This document shows positions 55,916 through 64,000 of a DNA stretch of 64,000 bases, one piece after another. A program made the translations under genes and the position numbers. Source of the stretch: the human T2T-CHM13v2.0 reference genome, Homo sapiens. The first letter of the stretch is position 1. Each line of letters starts with the position of its first letter. The stretch lies in assembly GCF_009914755.1 (NCBI RefSeq), contig NC_060931.1; one strand, 5' to 3'. The notes under the pieces are model-generated. The model was given only the letters and a program-made list of their open reading frames with translations, did not search any database and was not told where the DNA came from.

Positions 55916-56794
55916 TAAAGACAATCTCCAACCAACTGTCAAGTATGGATATTTCTTCCATCTCTTCATAAATGCAGAAGGAAATCACTGCATTAGGATC
56001 ATTCTCTACATCCCAGGTGTCAAGTTTTTAAATAAGAGTTTGCCGTACTGGTGTTGAGTGGCGCAGAAATCCCTATTTAGTCATGTGGCACACTTTCAGA
56101 GAGCCTGCTTTCTCATAAGATAGCCAACAGGCATCCATGGACAACTTACACCTGATTAATTATTTCTGTTCAAAAATGCCAAGAATTAAAAATATATTGA
56201 ACCCTTGACTTTCCTCCTTCCGGAAGAGATCAGAGGAAGATCTCTCTTATATACAAGATGCCAGCCTTTCCTAAAGGGCAGAGCCAAGTTCACGGGGCCT
56301 GGGAGGCCTGCTTTAAGAATACAAAATTAGGGCCAGGCGTGGAGGCTCACGCCTGTAATCCCAACACTTTGGGAGGCCGAGGCAGGCGGATCACCTGAGG
56401 TTGGGAGATCGAGACCAGCCTGACCAACATGGAGAAACCCCATCTCTACTGAAAATACAAAATTATCTGGGCCTGGTGGCGCATGCCTGTAATCCCAGCT
56501 ACTCAGGAGGCTGAGGCAAGACAATCGCTTGAAACCAGGAGGCAGAGGTTGTGGTGAGCCGAGATTGTGCCATTGCACTCCAGCCTGGGCAACAAGAGCG
56601 AAACTTTGTCTCAAAAAAAAAAAAAAAAAAGAAGAAGAAGAAGAGAAGAAAAATGGGTTTCTGTAGAAATAGAAAAATGGTTTCTGTGGAACTCGCCGGA
56701 ATGACAAGAATACCCATTTCAATTTGAACCTAGCTTTGTTTTCTGGCACAGGCTGGACTTGAAGATTGTAACCTAGAGACACTTACGTCATTAA

Positions 56795-56938
<144 letters not shown>

Positions 56939-57403
56939 TAAGCGTTTTATTTTTCTTTCTTTCATAGTTTTAAATAGAATACGTTCATTATGTTTCATTT
57001 TACCAGGTGAATTGTTCCTATTGGTGAGTCAGTATATATCAAAGGTTAAAGGAATAGCCCGTAGAGCCAGGCTGCCTGAGTTCAGATCTGAGTTCAAATC
57101 CGATGCCACTTGGGCAGGCGAATACACCCTGCCTCAGTTTCCCTTTGTGCAAAATGGTAATAACATTACTTTCTTTCTCATGAGGTTATGGTGAGGATTA
57201 TAAATACTGTCATTTAAAGTACTTAGAACCATACCTCGCATGTAGTAGAGACTATAATTTGTGGGGGCATTTTGGGGGTTTTCATTTGTTTTTTCTTTAT
57301 TTTAGCATTTGTTCACTTATTTGTAGTCAACATAAAAACAATGTACTAAAACAGTTTGCTTATGTATCAGGATGGGAGTAGTTGTCAAGTCATATCATGG
57401 TAA

Positions 57404-58269
<866 letters not shown>

Positions 58270-58496
58270 TAAGGAAACTGGATGAAGTGGGATTAGCATG
58301 AGTTGATTGTGTTTGACACTGGGAGATGGGTATGTGGGTTTGTGTTTGTGGCAGGGCTGAATTAGCTCTGGAGTCAGAAAAACTGCTTTTTAAGCTGCAC
58401 TCTTGTATATGTTTAAAACTTCTGGCCAGGTGCGATGGCTCACACCTGTAATCCCAGCACTTTGGGAGGCCAAAGCAGGTGGATTACCTGAGGTCA

Positions 58497-58703
<207 letters not shown>

Positions 58704-60169
58704 TCAAAAACAAAAAAAAAAAAAAAAGAAGAAGAAATTTTCCTTATGCTGCTGGTAGAAGGGAAGGAGGACTCCACCATACTAGAGAGATAACGACTTT
58801 TAGTTGCTAAATCTACACAGCTATGTTGTTACTATTTGATGCTGCTGGAATCTGAGCAGCTGTTTAGTTTTTCAAGTCCTTTTATTTCTCCAACTTAATA
58901 GAATATTTTCAATTTCTCCTGTTTGCTTGAACATCTGTGGATTAGGCTAACATAATTGAAATAGATAGGAATGGGCCGGGTGCGGCCATAAATCCCAGCA
59001 CTGTGGGAGGCTAAGGCAGGCAGATCACTTGAGGTCAGGAGTTCGAGACCAGCCTGGCCAACATGGTGAAGCCCCATCTCTACTTAAAATACAAAAAAAA
59101 AAAAAAAAAAATAGCCAGGGGTGGTAGCTGGCACCTATAATCTCAGCTACTCAGGGAGGCTGAGACAGGAGAATCACTTGAACCCAGGAGGCGGAGGAGA
59201 TCGTGCCATTGCACTCCAGCCTGGATGACAGAGTAAGACTCTGTCTCAAAAAAAATTAAAAAAAGAAATAAGAATAATTGGAATTTTATAGTACATGCTA
59301 ATGCACATGAATTATTTGAAATCAATTGAAATGAATTTTAGGTTTCATTTGCTTGGTGTCAGGCTTAATTTTGAGTCACCCAGGGATGCTCTCAAGCAAA
59401 GCTGGCCACTTTTTTTTTTTTTTTTTTTTTTTGAGACAGAATCTCGCTCTGTACCCAAGACTGGAGTGCAGTGGTGTGTGATATCGGCTTACTGCAAATT
59501 CCGCCTCCTGGGTTCAAGCGATTCTCCTGCCTCAGCCTCCAAAGTAGCTGGGATTACAGGCATGTGCCACCATGCCCAGCTAATTTTTGTATTTTTAGTA
59601 GAGAAGGGGTTTCACCATGTTGGTCAGGCTAGTCTCAAACCCCTGACCTCATGATCCGCCTGCCTCGGCCTCCCAAAGTGCTGGGATTACAGGCGTGAGC
59701 CACCGCGCCCGGCCAATGGCCACCTTTTATGCTTTTGGCCAGGTCTGCAGAGGTTTGGCAGCCTCTAAGCCCTCTGCTTCTGCTTCCGGAGTGAGAGCCT
59801 CAAGTGCTCCTGTTTTCACAGCCCATCTTGTGTTTCCATGCTGCGTTTGTGGGGCGTTTTCTCTTTCCATCCTCAATTCTGGCGCTGATTCTTTTCAGGA
59901 TACATTCTAACCTTGGAAAGAAGATGCCAATAAAACCAGTGTAGGGGAAGGGCAGCCAATGAGAGGCAGCAATGGATGTTAAATTTACAATTGTGGTTTG
60001 TCTTTTTGGCTGTGGTTCTTTAGATAAGCATGTGATTTCTGTTCTTCATGACTAAGAATTGAATTTAGACTTTACAGAGTTACTGGTTTGTAAATCTTTG
60101 AGTTGTTTAAATTTTAATGTTAGAGTTTTACTGTTTGATCAGCACATTTTTTTTCTCTTTTGTCTATAG

Positions 60170-60225
60170 GCCCGAAATGTTTGAGACGGCGATTAAGGAG
60201 AGCACCTCCTCTAAGAGCCCTCCCA
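60170..60225 (+). pseudogene. GTF2I-like exon 27 (PEMFETAIKESTSSKSPP)
   Basis: AG/GT bounded, 56 nt. Confidence 0.92.
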
Positions 60226-60499
60226 GTGAGTGTATTTTCTGTATTTTCATTGCTATAGAACACACGCTCTTAGGCATGCATTGTGCAGCTGTGGTTTACA
60301 AACATTGTTTAAAGAATAGCCATTGAGGCCAGGCATGGTGGTTCACGCCTGTAATCCCAGCACTTTGGGAGGCTGAGGTGGGTGGATCACCTGAGGTCAG
60401 GAGTTTGAGACCAGCCTGGCCAACACGGCAAAACCCTGTCTCTACTAAAAATATAAAAAATTAGCCAGGCGTGGTGGCAGGCGCCTATAATCCCAGCTA

Positions 60500-60653
<154 letters not shown>

Positions 60654-60840
60654 TCACAATTTTTAGTTATTTAATAATTGGGTGGCTCTGTGAGTGTGTG
60701 ATGATCTCCTAAGTACCCCCAGGAAGAGAAAAACAGTGAAAGGCAGCCCTTCAGGGGGCATCATGTCTTCTTGAAATGATCTACCATGGAAAGAAAGAAC
60801 CTTGAACAGGACTGAGATAAAACAGTCTCAGACAGCATGA

Positions 60841-61212
<372 letters not shown>

Positions 61213-61323
61213 TAGTCTGTTCCTTAAAAAAAGTCTATATGAGACCGGGCACGGTGGCTCACGCCTGTAATCCCAGCACTTTGGGAGGCTGAGGCAGGAG
61301 GATCGCTTGAGGTCAGGAATTCA

Positions 61324-61568
<245 letters not shown>

Positions 61569-61891
61569 TTATAACAAGAATAAATTTGTAGCATTTTTAG
61601 TTAGGCATTATTTTAAACAATTTCAAATTTAATTAGCTCAAAGTGCTCAAATACTTAAATCATTAAAAAATGGAAAATGCTTGAAAACATTACACAGAGC
61701 TCCTAAAAATTGGGATTAAAAGTGCATCATTGAGCAGCGGCTTGTACCTGTAGTCTCGGCTACTTGGGAGGCTTAGGCAGGAGGATCGCTTGAGCCCAAG
61801 AGTTCAAGGCCAGTCTGGGCAACATCGTGAGATACCATCTCTTTACCATAAAAAAAAAAAAAGCAGTATTTAAGTTTTGGGTTTTCTCTGA

Positions 61892-62017
<126 letters not shown>

Positions 62018-62196
62018 TAAGCAAAGAGATTTGTTTTAATAAGATCTTTTCAGCAGATGATGGTTAGATGGTTGTAATCCTATATAAAAGGAGTTAAAAT
62101 TTAAAAGTGAGTTGTTTGTGCTAAATTTATTTAATAAGATACCATTAGTGTTACACTATTGATTGTCAGTATGAAAGTTAATGAATTTAAGGTTCA

Positions 62197-62538
<342 letters not shown>

Positions 62539-62542
62539 TTAG

Positions 62543-62839
<297 letters not shown>

Positions 62840-63229
62840 TAAGTGAGAGTTTCCTGCTTAGTCACAGGAGCGAATCTGGAGCTCATGAGGCTGACTCTTC
62901 TAAAATGCAGCCACAGGTAGTCATCGAATCCGGCTTCCTATGCTGTGCAATCAACAAATCAAAATAACTTGTGTCATCATTAGAATGTCAGATGTGCTTC
63001 TACGAACTAAGCTGACTCTTTTAATTCTTTGGCAAAGGGTTGGCAAACTAGGACTGTTTGCCAAATTCAGGCTGCCTCCTATTTTTAGAGTCTTCCTGAA
63101 ACACAGCTACACCCGTATTATCCATGGCTGCTTTCCTGTCACAGTGAGTAAGTAGCTGGGACTGAGAAGGCATGGCCTCCAAAGTCTAAAATATTTACTC
63201 TCTAGCACTTTGTAGAAAAACCTTAGCTA

Positions 63230-63523
<294 letters not shown>

Positions 63524-64000
63524 TCAACCTCTGTCTTAGGGCGCCTTGTCACAGGCTTCGGGTCAGACGGATTCAACCTCGCATCAGCCATTTGTTAGCC
63601 AGGTCACTCTGTTCTTTGTCTGTAAATGAGATTGATCGTTGTTCCCACTGAGAGTGTCAGCTCCTTCCCATAGAGCAGGCATGATGATTGTACTCACCTC
63701 TGACACCATTGTGAGTGCCACATTCCTTCCCACGTCCTTGTCACCGTAAGAGATGCCCACCTGAGCACCAACCCCAGGTTATCTTCCCCTTTGTCTTCCA
63801 GCCCCCCAGAAACAGCTACGACTCAACCTACCCAATCATTTCATCATCAGATTGCCACTGTCTCTAGTTCAGGTCTCTTGGGACTGGCACTCAGAAATCT
63901 CATAATAAATCCTCTTGAGGCTTCTCATACACTCGTCTTCTTCCAATCTTCTTTCCCTCAAAATCTCATATTTTGGTTCCACTTCACCCACGGTCATTCT

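Overview
Human (primate) genomic DNA, extremely Alu-dense, recognisable as a 7q11.23 Williams-Beuren low-copy-repeat segment. The window holds one main transcription unit on the + strand: a chimeric, duplicated pseudogene of the GTF2IP4/GTF2IP1 type. It has three parts: (1) a CpG-island promoter and first exon from the CASTOR2/GATSL family (MELHILEHRL...LSSKTR, 17392-17504); (2) about 19.5 kb of CASTOR-type intron 1; (3) after an Alu-containing junction near 37.0-37.2 kb, 18 consecutive GTF2I (TFII-I) exons (equivalent to exons 13-30, I-repeats R2-R6) that continue past the window end. The GTF2I part carries a nonsense codon (41346-41348) and a 4-bp frameshift (~44320), but from Met469 (44323) the frame is intact through the last exon in the window. 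A full-length antisense prohibitin (PHB1) retrocopy with poly-A and target-site duplications lies in one intron. The rest is Alu, L1, MaLR LTR, MIR and microsatellite sequence, and nearly all ORFs in the supplied track are Alu artefacts. I see no new multi-gene system. The most interesting signals are a 79-bp templated copy at the fusion breakpoint, the 38-aa-uORF / truncated-TFII-I architecture of the chimeric mRNA, and an AG|GTAAG site in intron 1. GTF2I exon and residue numbering comes from my recollection of the 998-aa isoform; it is consistent with the exon sizes seen here but was not checked against a database.
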